Source of the DNA: Octopus sinensis
Lineage: Eukaryota
Assembly (NCBI RefSeq): GCF_006345805.1
Contig: NC_043016.1
Span: 12,400,001 to 12,464,000, forward strand
Direction of reading: 5' to 3'
Length of the DNA: 64,000 nucleotides
The position numbers and the translations under genes were made by a program. The notes under the pieces were generated by a model. That model was given only the letters and a program-made list of their open reading frames with translations, was not told the DNA's origin and did no database searches. Below are positions 26,035-38,387 of this stretch, piece after piece (position 1 is the first letter of the stretch; every line of letters starts with the position of its first letter).

Positions 26035-27019
26035 GTATGTATGTCTGTGTAATATATATGCAATCATTCACAAACTTGCCATTGCACATTTTATAACTCA
26101 AATTTTTCTATGAACTGGATATCTACTATGTTGTATATAATATATATATATTAAAAGGAATTTTTCTCTGTCATTTGGTTAAAAAATATATTTTTTTTTT
26201 TCTTTTCTCAACGTTTGATATATGCATGTCTTCCTTTTCCTGCTGGATCATCTTAATAGGGCTTTGCTCTCATTCAAGGTAGCAGCTGTAGGCTGGGAGA
26301 AGCCTTGTGACAGGCTCCACACCAGAGGCCCAGTGTCACCTTGGAAGATGCAGAGGGTGATTGTGAGCACTGGTGGAGTTGGTTGGTTGGTTCTACACAC
26401 AGTGATGTCTCTGGGGCCACTAACCTGGGATGACCCCAGTCTCATCAAGCAAGCAAGCATGCATTATATGCATGTTTATATAAACTAATGATGGTGCTCT
26501 TGCATTGCTGTAGTTTGGTTGAAACCAGCAGAAGGGAGATTTTAGAATCAAGTATTTTGCAAATAATATTGTTGGTTACAAATTGCCGACAAATCACTCA
26601 CTGGTTTCCTACATTTCTAATGGTAACTATGATGAGTGTATGTTCAGAGAGGCACTTTGGGGCATGTGTTTATTTGGCAAAAAAATAAAATGGCCATCCT
26701 AAAATACAACATATATATATAAAATATAAATATGAGTAATGGAGGTACAGGTATGTGTACCAAGGTTGATAATTACATAACGTCTATATTATTCTGATCT
26801 AATGAGGTGCCTCAATTTAAGTACCTAATTCAACTGAATTATATATATATACATACATACACACACACCCACACCTGTTTCTATGTTGTACTTTATATCC
26901 TGTTAGTGTCATTGTGGTTTACTATTAAACTTGGAGGCATGTCCATGCAGTTTTAGTCCCACCAAATTCCACTTATAAGGTACTGAACAATCTGAAGAAG
27001 ATGATAAAAAATAGCAATG

Positions 27020-27620
27020 TTTTCTCACTGTGGCTCTGTAGTACAAGTAATTGAAAGAACAGCCATGCTACATGTTAGTGAAACATGGGCCATGACTGCT
27101 GAGGACATGTGTAAGCTTGCAAGGAATGAAGCCAGTATGCTCTGCTGCGTGTGTAATGTCAGTGTGCATACTCGACAGTGTAAGTGCCCAGAGGGAAAAG
27201 TTGGATTTAAGAAGCATCAGATGTGGTGTGCAAGAAAGATGATTGCGCTGATATGGTCATGTGTTACGAATGAATGAGGACAGCTGTGTGAAAAAGTGTC
27301 ACACCCTAGCAGTTGAGGGAACCTGTGGAAGAGGTAGGCCCAAGAAAACCTGGGATGAGGTGGAGAAGCACAACCTTCGAACATTGGGCCTTACTGAGGC
27401 AATGACTAGTGACCAAGACCTTTGGAGATATGCTGTGATTGAGAAGACCCGACAAGCCAAGTGAGACCATAACGCATGTGGTACGTAAAAACACCCTTTC
27501 AGCGTGGTCGTTGCCAGAATTGCCTGATTGGCCCTTGTGCCGGTGGCATGTAAAAGCACCCACTACACTCAGAGTGGTTGGTGTTAGGAAGGGCATCCAG
27601 ATGGAGAAACATTGCCAGAT
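27020..27620 (+). mobile_element. RTE-type LINE 3' fragment
   Basis: GTCGRGRPKKTWDEVEKHNLRTLGL...RYAVIEKTRQAK* followed by family 3' UTR. Confidence 0.85.
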
Positions 27621-27624
27621 CAGT

Positions 27625-27838
27625 GGAAGTGAAATGGCCCAGTGGTTAGGGTCGTAGGATTGCGGTTTTGACTCCCAGAGTGTTTATTGAGCGAAAACAC
27701 CTAAAGCTCCACGAGGCTCCGGCAGGGGGGGGTACTCTTTCACTACAACTTTCTTCTGTTGACCTGCTAAAATAATGCAAAGCGCATTGTGACCAGTGAT
27801 GTGTAGTAACATCTGATGGCCTGGTCAGTCACGTGATA
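27625..27838 (+). mobile_element. SINE with family-D head and a different 3' tail
   Basis: shares tggcccagtggttagg...gagcgaaaacacctaaagctccacgaggctccggcagg, then diverges. Confidence 0.65.
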
Positions 27839-28330
27839 TATACACGCATACACACACATATATATATACATATATATAAGTTGGAGGTATTAAAACCAAC
27901 TAAGGGATAGATGTATCCAGAAGCACTGCTGGTAATTACCACAGTATGTATGCTCCTTGTCATAAGGTATACGGTAGTAGGTAATTTAAAAGATAAACCG
28001 CAGATGATGTCTATCAATTGCAATGAGGTAAATACATATTTACCCCAGCCTGATACATGGAAACAGCTGTAAACTTACTCTAACATACTCACATCTTAAT
28101 TAAATAATGGGTTTATAATTCCAAAGATCCGCTTCTCATTTATTTCTCTATTTTCTTATCGTCTCTCTCTCTCTCTCTATATATATATACTATAAACACA
28201 TATGTATATGCATACATACATATATATACACACACGATGGGCTTCTTGCAGTTCCTGTCTACCTAATCCACTCTCAAGGCTTTGGTCAGTCCGAAGTTAT
28301 AGCAGAAGACATTTGGCCAAGGTTCCACAC

Positions 28331-28362
<32 letters not shown>

Positions 28363-28514
28363 ATGAGTAGTTGGCATTAGGAAGGGCATCCAGCTGTAGA
28401 AACTCTGCCAGATCAAGATTGGAGCCTGGTGCAGCCATCTGGTTCGCCAGTCCTCAGTCAAACCGTCAAACCTATGGCAGCATGGAAAGCAGACATTAAA
28501 CGATGATGATGATG

Positions 28515-28549
<35 letters not shown>

Positions 28550-28869
28550 TAATTATATGTGTCTCTTTTGCCAAAGGGTTAAGCAGAGAGTGTGATTTGA
28601 GGGAGTTTTGACTGCTATATCTAGTAAGTCTAGTTACCATGTAGAAGAAGCTTACTCACTGGCATGGTATACAGTTTAATAATATATATAGAATAAAGAA
28701 TATCTAAATTTTGTCTGAAATATTATTTTTTTATGTCACTGAAAATTTTATTTTATTTTGAAGAATATCAGATTATTTTTGGTCAATTTTTGTTCCTTTG
28801 TTCCATTGTTGTTGTTTCACCAGCTTTTAAAAGGATCTTCGTCACTGCAAGAGAAATCATTACAAATAT

Positions 28870-28901
28870 TTATCTCGGTACATATTCAACTGGAGAAGTT
28901 A
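28870..28901 (-). CDS. Probable terminal coding exon (VTSPVEYVPR*)
   Basis: tttatttacttttAG acceptor, phase 1, TAA at 28870-28872; AATAAA on the minus strand near 28748-28758. Confidence 0.6.
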
Positions 28902-30119
28902 CTAAAAGTAAATAAACAAATAAAGAGACCCAATTCCACCAAATGCTTATAACATTGACCCTCAGACGTTAGTTGTGGATAATGGGGAGGGGTTGTCAGT
29001 GGCATCTTTTATCATTTATTTGTTTCAGTAATTAGATTGTGGTCATGCTGGGGCACCACCGTAAAGAATTTTAATCGAACAAATCAATCTCAAAACTTTT
29101 CTTTGTTTCGAAGCCAGGTACTTAATCAATTGGTCTCTTTTGCTGAACTGCTAAGTTATGGGGACGTAAACAAATCAACATTGGTTGTGAAGCATGGGAC
29201 AAACGCATAGACACACACACACATACATACAACAGGCTTTTCTCAGTTTCCATCTACCAAATCCCCTCACAGGGCTACAGCAGAAGACAATTGACCAAGG
29301 CGTCATGCGGTGGGACTGAACCTGAAGCCAGGAAAATATTTTTATTTATTTATTTTCTTTCTATTTTAATGGTGATACCCAGCATGGCCCCGCAACCCTC
29401 AAACAGAAATTTGCAAGGGATGTAAAATGGGAAAGTTGTAAAATAACTGATGTCTTGAGATAATTGTTTCTAACGTAGGTACAGGGCAAAATATTTGAGG
29501 GATGAGGTGTTAATTAATTAAATCACTCACAGTAATTGACTGGTGTTTCATTTTGTCATGCCTTCCCACCACCAAAAGGATGAAAAGCAAAGTTGCCTTT
29601 GTATTCTGAGCTTAAGTTTCAACTTGAGGGTTGTGGCCATGTTGGGAATCACCATTAAAATAGAAATAAAATATATATTTTCCTGGCTTCAGCCCCACTG
29701 CATGGCACCTTGGTCAATTTGTCTTCTACTATAGCCCCATGAGGGGACTTGGGAGATGGAAACAGAAAGAAAGCCTCATCATTTACAGCCAGAACAAATA
29801 CATTGTGGTAACTTAGACTGAATAATTCCATGAATCCACTGCCCTAAATAATTATTTTTAGCACAGGCACAGAGCCTGAAAATTGGTGGAAGGAGTAATC
29901 AATTAAACTGACCCCAGTAGGTGTCTAATATTTTATTTTAATGACCTCCTAAAGGGAGGAAAGATAAAGCTGCCTGCAGCAGAACCAATTACCACAAGGC
30001 ATTTTTCCTATGCACTTAAATTTTGAATTATAAATGGTTGTAATAATGTAAATTCAGCATTAATTCTGTGGTTACTGTTGCACATTGACAAATAGACTCT
30101 ACACTATTTGAATATATAC

Positions 30120-30171
30120 CTTGGACCTGTGATTCTAATTCATTTTGAGGTGATGCCGAGGGTATATGATG
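30120..30171 (-). CDS. Exon (HHIPSASPQNELESQVQ)
   Basis: ttatttcatctcttcAG/GTatat, 52 nt, phase 0-1. Confidence 0.7.
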
Positions 30172-30294
30172 CTGAAGAGATGAAATAACAGTAAAAGACT
30201 GATATCCATTGTTTTTGTTCACCTATGGGGAAAATTGTGGAGGCACACGGTATAGTGGTTAGAGCAGCAGACTCATGGTCGAGGGATCGCAGGT

Positions 30295-31307
30295 TCAAAT
30301 CTCAGAATACTGATTCCATTACATTCCAGGGGGAGAAACTAGAAGTAGTCGATAGCTTCTGCTACCTAGGTGACCAAGTCTGTAGTGAGGGTAGATGCTC
30401 AGAGAGCATTGCCACTAGAATAAGAATAGCCTGGGCAAAGTTCAGAAAGCTCCTACTTCTACTGGTGACAACGGGCCTCTCGCTCAGAGTGAAAGGTAGA
30501 TTGTATGATGCATGTGTATGAACTGCCATGCTACACGGCAGTGAAACATGAACCATGACTACTGAAGATATACGTAGGCTTGAAAGAAATGAAGCTAGCA
30601 TGATCCACTGGATGTGTAATGTCAGTGTGCATACACAACAGAGTGTAAGTGCCCTGAGAGAAATGCTGGACATAAAGAGCATTATATGTGGTGTGCAAGA
30701 GAGACATTGCATTGGTATGATCATGTACTACAGATGGATGAGAAGAGATGTGTGAAGAAGTGTCACTCCCTAACATTGGAAGAAACCCATGGAAGAGGGT
30801 AACTCAGGAAAACGTGGCAAGACAGGCAATGACGAAAGACCAAAACCCCTGAAGATATGCTGTGACTGAGAAGACCTGGCAAGTAAAGGGAGATCACCGC
30901 TGTAGCCTACACCAGTATCACATAACCAGTCCACTTAAAAGGTATGAATCAAGTAAAATCAAAATCAAATGGAAATTGTAGTTGTGGCTGTTACCAGTGC
31001 TGGTGGCATGCGATAAGTATCATCCATCCAAAGGTGGGTCGCTGCCAGACTGGCTTCCCGTGCTGGTGGCATGTAAAAAGCACCATCTGAACGTGGTCGA
31101 TGCCAGCTCTCCCCCCACCCACCCACTGGCTCCCGTAAAAAGCACCCACTACACTCTCAGAGGGGTTGGTGTTAGGAAGGGCATCCAGATGTAGAAACAC
31201 TGCCAGATCAAGATTGGAGTCTGGTGCAACCTCCTGGCTTGCCAGTCCCCAGTTACACTGTCCAACCCATGCTAGCATGGAAAGCGGACGTTGAACGATG
31301 ATGATGA
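30295..31307 (+). mobile_element. RTE-type LINE 3' fragment with (GAT)n tail
   Basis: FQGEKLEVVDSFCYLGDQ...RIAWAKFRKLL...RLYDACV in ORF 30225..30521. Confidence 0.85.
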
Positions 31308-31310
31308 CAT

Positions 31311-31344
<34 letters not shown>

Positions 31345-31964
31345 CATCATCATCATTTAACGTCTGTTTTCCATGCTAGCATGGGTTGGACGGTCCGACC
31401 AGGGTCTGGGAATCCAGGAGACTGCACCAGGCCCAGTCTGATCTGGCAGTGTTTCTACGGCTGGATGCCCTTCCTAACGCCAATCACTCCATGAGTGTAG
31501 TGGGTGCTTTTTTACATGCCACCGGCACAGGGGCCGGAGGAGGCTGGCAAATGGCCACAATCGGTTGGTGCTTTTACATGTCACCGACACGGACGCCAGT
31601 CAGGCGGCACTGGCATCTGCCACGTTTGGCATGGGTATCTTAATTAGTTTCCATTTGATTTTTATTTTGATGTTGGTGTTGATGTACTTGACTCAATAGG
31701 TCTCCTCAAGAACAGAGGGTCACTCTACAATCCAAGGTTAGCACAGCAGCAGGCTGTCATATGTATGTATATTTATATATATATATATGCACACACACAC
31801 AACGGGATACTTCAGTTTCTATCCACTTTGGTCAGTCTGTGGCTTTAGAAGACATTTGTCCAAGATACTACAAAATGGAACTGAATCTGAAATCACATGA
31901 ACGGGCAGCAAAACTCCATAACCACATACCTGTGCATATATTTAAAAATAAAATTCTATCAAAT

Positions 31965-31996
<32 letters not shown>

Positions 31997-32679
31997 AGCA
32001 CACACACACATGTACTGAAGAAAATATGCCTTCATTTTACATTTCTTTAAAATTCTCTTTTACAAATATACGAAAACAAAAATAAAAATTATTCTACCTG
32101 TTGGTCATAATTGATTGTGAGAGAGATTCAACGATGGATTCTTCCTGAAATTAAACACAAGATATGAGCAAGTAATTAGTAAAGCAAACATTAACCCTTC
32201 AGTATTTATATCCGGCCAAAATATTTTCTGTTTTATGCTCAAACCAGCCGGATCCTGCTTCTCACACCTACCCTACAATATCATTCTAAAACAATCATCA
32301 AAATTTCTAAGCTATGAGAACAATGCCGGATTAATTCAAAATAATTGTTATCCATGCTGGCATGGGTTGGATTGTTTTACTGAAGCTGTTTTTTTTTGTT
32401 TTTATTTTAGAATTTTTGTCTATACTGAAAATTATTTATTGATGAACTAACGATAGAGCTTCTAGATAGTCCTTCAATGTGCTAGATGTAGCAGCCAAAT
32501 ATCTTCCGTATCTTACTTTATTGTTTAATAAAAAGTAAAGACACATTAGATAATGTACTCCTATATACACTTTATCTGAAAACAAAAAAAAAAGAAGCTA
32601 AGAGCTTATCATTCATCTAGTCACTTGGACTCTACCATTTCAAAAATAGCCACTAGGAGTTAACCATGAAATGTCTGTC

Positions 32680-33000
32680 TGCTAAGAGTCCATCATACAT
32701 CTATTCACTAAGAGTCCATGAGACACATCTAATCTCTGGGAGTCCACTGTATATCTTGTCACAAAAGAGTTATCATACACAGCCAGCCACCAGAAGTTAA
32801 TCATACATCTAGTTACTATGGGCTCCTCATACATCTATCTAATAAGAGTCCAAGATACACATCTAGCCACTAAGGGTTCCTCATATTTCTATCTACTATG
32901 AGTCCAAGATACACATCTAGCCACTGGAGGTCTACCATACATTTATCAACTAAGAGTCCTCCATACATCTAGTTACCATGGACCATTTTTAGCCACTAGG
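32680..33000. repeat. Degenerate ~27-28-bp minisatellite (catacatctagccactaagagtcc-like)
   Basis: about 11 imperfect tandem units. Confidence 0.75.
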
Positions 33001-33040
33001 AGCTGTACAACTACCAATAAGCAGATGATAAAATACAAAC

Positions 33041-33166
33041 CATTATTTCACTTGCTATCAGATTACTGTCGTCATCCTTGTTACTTTTCTCACTAATAAC
33101 CTTGGCAACTTCTTCTTCTTCCTCCATAGCTCTTGCAGAGTTTGTTACATTCTCAGGTTCAGGCAT
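33041..33166 (-). CDS. Exon (MPEPENVTNSARAMEEEEEVAKVISEKSNKDDDSNLIASEIM)
   Basis: long CT tract and aAG, GTttgt donor, 126 nt, phase 0-0; ORF 33011..33235. Confidence 0.78.
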
Positions 33167-33983
33167 CTTTAAAAAGAAAGAAAGAGAGATAGAGAGTGAA
33201 AGAAAGACAATGATTACCAGTTCAATGACATCCAAAACACTCTAGAATTTTCCTATAAAAATACTTTATTAATTCTAATAAATTCAATACTCGTTGAGGC
33301 ATAGGAGTAGCTGTGTGGTAAGTAGCTTGCTTACCAACCACATGGTTCCGGGTTCAGTCCCACTGCGTGGCACCTTGAACAAGTGTCTTCTACTATAGCC
33401 TCAGACTAATCACAGTTTTGTGAGTGGATTTGGTAGACGGAAATTGAAATAAGCTTGTCGTATATATATATATGTATGTATGTGTGTGTATATGTTTGTG
33501 ATGCTGGTATGTTTACATCCCCGTAACTAAGTGGTTCGGCAAAAGAGACCAATAGAATAAGTACTAGGCTTAAAAGAATAAGTCTTGGGCTTGATTTCTT
33601 CGACTGAAGGCAGTGCTCCAGCATGGCCGCAGTCAAATGACTGAAACAAGTAAAAGAGTAATTGATCAACTCTGAATGTTTACTTCACAATCACGTGTGG
33701 CACTTTGAACAAGTGTCTCCTACTATAGCCCTGGGCCATCCAAAGCTTTGTCATTGTATTTGGTAGATAGAAACTGAAAGAAGCCCATCGTGAATATATA
33801 TATATGTATATGTCTATGTCTATGTGTTTGCGTTTGTGTCTGTCCTCCACTATCACTTGACATTGGGCGTTAGTTTATTTACAGCCCCATAACTTAGCGG
33901 TTCAGCATAAGAGATCGACTGCATAAGTACCAGGCATAAAATGAAAAATTAAGTATTGGGGTTGATTTGTTTGAGTAAATACC

Positions 33984-34217
33984 TATTTCTTATTGCCCAC
34001 AAAGGGCTAAACACAGAGGGGACAAACAAGGACAGACATAGGTATTAAGTCAATTATATCGACCCCAGGGCGTAACTGGTACTTAATTTATCGACCCCGA
34101 AAGGATGAAAGGCAAAGTCGACCATGGCGGAATTTGAACTCACAACGTAACGGCAGACGAAATACCGCTAAGCATTTCGCCCGGCGTGCTAACGATTCTG
34201 CCAGCTCACCGTCTTTA
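33984..34217 (-). mobile_element. SINE family B, 10-bp TSD
   Basis: AGTAAATACC at 33974-33983 and 34218-34227. Confidence 0.88.
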
Positions 34218-35016
34218 AGTAAATACCATCCAAGGCAAGCTCCACAACTGAGTCAAGTAAAAGGTTAAGACAAGCTTAGAGTAATGGATCAAGCATGTAA
34301 CTATACACCACCTTGTGAGTGTAATGCTCTATGCACATAAGATTTGGTACTCCAAAACTGTCTGAGATATATAAATATATGACTTTTATTCTCTTATTTG
34401 TTTCAGTCATTTCAGACTGTGGCCATGCTGGTGCACCTCCTTTAGTCGAACAAATTGACCCCAGGACTTATTCTTTGTAAGCCTAGTACTCATTCTATCA
34501 GTCTCTTTTTCCAAACCGCTAAGTTACAGGGACATAAACACACCAGCATTGGTTGTCAAGTGATGGTGGAGGGACAAACAGAGACACAAATAACAAATAC
34601 ACACACAAGACAGGTTTCTTTCAGTTTCCATCTACCAAATCCACGCACAAGGCTTTGGTCGGCCCGAAGCTATAGAAGAAAACACTCGCTCAAGGTGCCA
34701 CACAGTGGGACTGAACCCAGAACCATGTGGTTGGTAAGCAAGCTACTTACCATAGAGCCACTGCTGCACCTATAAAGATATATGTCTTTTATCTTTTACT
34801 TGTTTCAATCATTAGACTGTGGCCATGCTGGGGCACTGCTTTGAAGAATTTTTAGTTGACTGAATCGATTCTAGTACTTATTCTATCATTCTGTCTAACT
34901 CATGCTAGTATGGAAGATGAATGATGATGATGACGACGATCATGATGATAATGATGACAACGACAACATAGAAGGTTGAAAGTTAGTTTTATAAAATAGT
35001 TAAAAAAACTTCATAC

Positions 35017-35096
35017 TCTATGAGATGAATCTGGCATCTGTGGAACAAGAGCTGTTTCAGCTTTTGTTTCAGGAATTTCCAAGGGGGTGTCATCAT
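35017..35096 (-). CDS. Exon (DDDTPLEIPETKAETALVPQMPDSSHR)
   Basis: tttatttccAG/GTatga, 80 nt, phase 1-0. Confidence 0.78.
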
Positions 35097-35423
35097 CTGG
35101 AAATAAATGAACATTTTTTGGATAAAATAAATTTAATACATAAGAAATACATTTACGTAGTTATTTTCTTTGTTTCTGTAAAATGTGGTAGTGTAGCATA
35201 TGCTTAATAAAACTGCTATTTATGTATCATACTTAATGTATATACACTGTTAATAGGCTAGTTGCTGCAGTATTTGTCCAGAGATAACATCTTCAACGGA
35301 TCTGCTGTGTTAAAAATAATAAGTATCAAAGTTCAGATATGAGTAGCATATGGGAACTGGTATTAAGGAAGGATATAAAATATTAGATTTATAAGCCCTA
35401 AAATTCACTCCATAATTGCCCAT

Positions 35424-35665
35424 GGGCATATGGCGTAGTGGTTAAGAGCACAGGCTACTAACCCCAAGATTCCAAGTGGCCTTAACAATAATAAAAATAA
35501 TAATAATATTGGAAAAACAACTTAGGAATGAGAAACCAGGTTTGAAATTCCCCCAGAACACCTGATGAAGGCTGGAGGGTAAATCAGCTGAAATGTTGTG
35601 TTAACAACAAACAAGATGAGGACAAATATCTGTCAAATGTAAATAACGTACATAATTCCTCATCT
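35424..35665 (+). mobile_element. tRNA-headed SINE (family E) with hammerhead-like tail
   Basis: A-box TGGCGTAGTGG at 35431-35441; B-box region degenerate or deleted; 3' end aaatgtaaataac. Confidence 0.6.
35557..35602 (+). ncRNA. Minimal hammerhead-like motif in a SINE tail (C15.2 replaced by T)
   Basis: aacac-CTGATGA-a-GGCTG-loop-CAGCT-GAAA-tgt-t-gtgtt; stems I and II pair. Confidence 0.55.
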
Positions 35666-36641
35666 CTTAAATATAGAACTGTATTATCCATAATAGATGT
35701 TATCTTGAAACAAATCCTGCAGCAACAGGCCTATCAACACTGTGTATATATTAAGTATGCTATATAGATGGCTATTTGAATACTACCTCACTTGCACATA
35801 CCCAGTCATTAATATAATGTTTTTGTTATGCTCTATGTCGTGAGCTACACGTTAAAAAGAAGTGTATCGGAGATTTCCAGATAATCACTAAAAAAGATTG
35901 CCAAAATCCTGTCTATAAAGTTATCTACAAGGCATTATTAGATGCCTGATCTTCTGGACAAACACTACCACCACAAAGTATCAAAAGACACCAGTGTGTT
36001 CATTACAAACATTGACCTGCACCAAGCAACAAAAGATGCTGATAGTATTTCTACTACAAATACTCTCAGTACCAAAAATCAAAAATGCAACCACAAATAT
36101 CACCATCACCAAATAAAAGAAGATACTATTACCAAGTAAAAGAGGGTACTATCTCAATGAAGGACTTACTATTTCTCACGAGGCCATGTATTTGCATCGG
36201 GGAAGTCCATCTCCAAGCTACAGAACTAGGCATGGTTTGCTTTTTTATTACAGAAGACCATCAGTTTCCCATGTGTATAAGTCTGTCCTCATTACTTCAC
36301 TGATATTGTCCAAAGGAAAGGCGAGATCCCATACAGATTGAGAACAAAATGGTACGTCTCTCACGGTACCCAAGACATCATCTCCACAAAGAAGGTACCA
36401 TTAGTAACAGCAATACCACAAAGCAGCAGAAGGTATTCTTTCACAAGTTAAGACACAATAAGAGAATAAATGGCCATACTGTCTCAGATCTTACTTGTAA
36501 ATACCAATAGGTATTTTACCAGTATTATGAACGATACTTTTGTGAAATAATCACAAGATTCCATTACATTATGAAAACCCTAAAAGTCTTTCCAACACAC
36601 AAACACATAATTAATTTAGATTGAATTTCAAATTTCATTAA

Positions 36642-36862
36642 CCCTTTAGTATTTAAACCGGCCATATCCGGCCAAAAGTATTCTGCCTGTTTTATGTTCA
36701 AACTGGCCAGATCTGGTCTGTCACACCAGCCCTACAATATCGTTTTAAAAATTAACAGCGACCTCATCAAAATCTCATAGCTACAACATAATGCATGATT
36801 AGTTCAAAACAATGAGGATAAAGAAGCATTAATTTTGGCAGAATAATGTGAACACTAAAGGG
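36642..36862. mobile_element. piggyBac-like MITE family 1, opposite orientation
   Basis: TTAA 36638-36641 and 36863-36866, CCCTTTAG/CTAAAGGG termini. Confidence 0.82.
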
Positions 36863-37294
36863 TTAAACATTGAATAAATTGAAATGAAATTAAAAGTCAC
36901 ATTGATTTAGTCAGTTATTTGAATTTCAATATGAAACAGTATTTCAGTGTCAGACCCTCCACCCCTCCCCTACCCACTCACCAGGTGGTGTATATTAATT
37001 GGAAATTATAATCGATTTAAAATCTGGAACTTTAAATATCACAGCCATTTCCTCTATCAAGTGAATACGAGTGGCCAAAATGGGGGTCCACCCAAGGATC
37101 TCTGGAGTAACATTACATGATAGGATGCACACACTCAGAGATTTCCAACCAGGCCTTTTGCCAGGAACTTTTCAGCATCCCCATATATATATATATAATA
37201 ATAATAATATAGGGTGAAATTAATTAATTTGGAATAATCATTAATTTCACCAAGTAGATTTCGGCATGTAAAAGCCCCATTTGAGGAAGGTTTA

Positions 37295-37765
37295 AGTAAT
37301 ACTAAGTAATTAAGGGTTTAGCAACGATTTGCCTCACCACACACCGAATTTAGAAATAGCAGTCAAAGAGTTCTGACTATTCTTTCTACTTAAAAGGGAG
37401 ATCTCAGTAAAACCACAGCACTTAAAAGGCAAACAACGCAGGCAAAAGAGAAATTTAATACACAATTATTCATAATTGTAGAGTCCTACGCTGAAGAGAA
37501 AAATAGTCGGGTAAGACATAATTATGTAATTTTTATGCTTTCCTATGACTTAATTTCGAAACGTATGGCCGTAGGTGACTTAATATAGAATGATTGTCGT
37601 CATTTCTTTCTCTTTTGCCTGCGTTGTTTGCCTTTTAAGAGCTGTGGTTTTACTGAGATCTCCCTTTTAAGTAGAAAGAATAGCCATAACTCTTTGACTG
37701 CTATTTCTAAATTCGGTGTGTGGTGAGGCAAATCGTTGCTAAACCCTTAATTACTTAGTATTACT
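37295..37765. mobile_element. Fold-back element with 159-bp inverted arms (37295-37453 / 37607-37765)
   Basis: arms are near-perfect reverse complements; right end abuts (TA)n. Confidence 0.85.
37481..37580 (+). ncRNA. Type I hammerhead ribozyme motif at the apex of a fold-back element
   Basis: CTGAAGA 37491-37497, long stem II closed by GAAA/TTTC, GAAA-CGT-A 37558-37565, cctacg/cgtagg stem I with a bulge. Confidence 0.65.
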
Positions 37766-38096
37766 ATATATATATATATATATACATACATATACACGAA
37801 GAGGTACTGAATAGTTCCTGGCTTTGGGTAAACAGAAAATACAGGAAGATCAGTTATTCAACATATTCCCCTTCTCAGATTCACTCACTTATTTGTAGCA
37901 GTCCTTCAGTTTTTCTAAGATCTGTAAAAAAGAACTTGGAAAGTTGTGCCTTCAGTCAGGCCTTTCACGATACCTTAAAACCCCTCATATATTTGATCCT
38001 CGCCCCTTTGTTCTTTTACTAAGCTGAAATAAATAAATATTTGATCTGACCCAATCTTACAGCAAAAAGGTAAAACAGAAATAAACTCAAAGGCAC

Positions 38097-38387
38097 CTTT
38101 GGTAGTTTTACTGCAGCGCCATGCATCATCAAGAGAAATAGCTGGAAGAACATATGAAGGCTCAGCAGGTGCAACAGGTGATGCTTTTTCTTCAGCTGTT
38201 TCTTTTGATGCTTCAGGTCTGCCTGTAGTAAGGTACGAAGGGTCTGCCAGAGATTTCTCTCCTGATCTTCCTTTTGTGAGAACATTTCCTATCCTGTCAA
38301 GATCAGAAGACCCATAGTTTCTATCCATGGTCTCTGAAGCGTGTGACAATTTTCTGGTTTTAAAGACTTCTCCATTTTCTCCATAAT
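38097..38387 (-). CDS. Large disordered-region exon (DYGENGEVFK...AWRCSKTTK); donor ambiguous (38097 or 38061)
   Basis: acacAG acceptor, phase 1, ORF 37975..38406; both candidate donors are phase 1. Confidence 0.75.

Noticed and set aside
35900-36520. Higher-complexity stretch with short + strand ORFs
   Set aside because: No recognisable domain, splice pattern or repeat structure.
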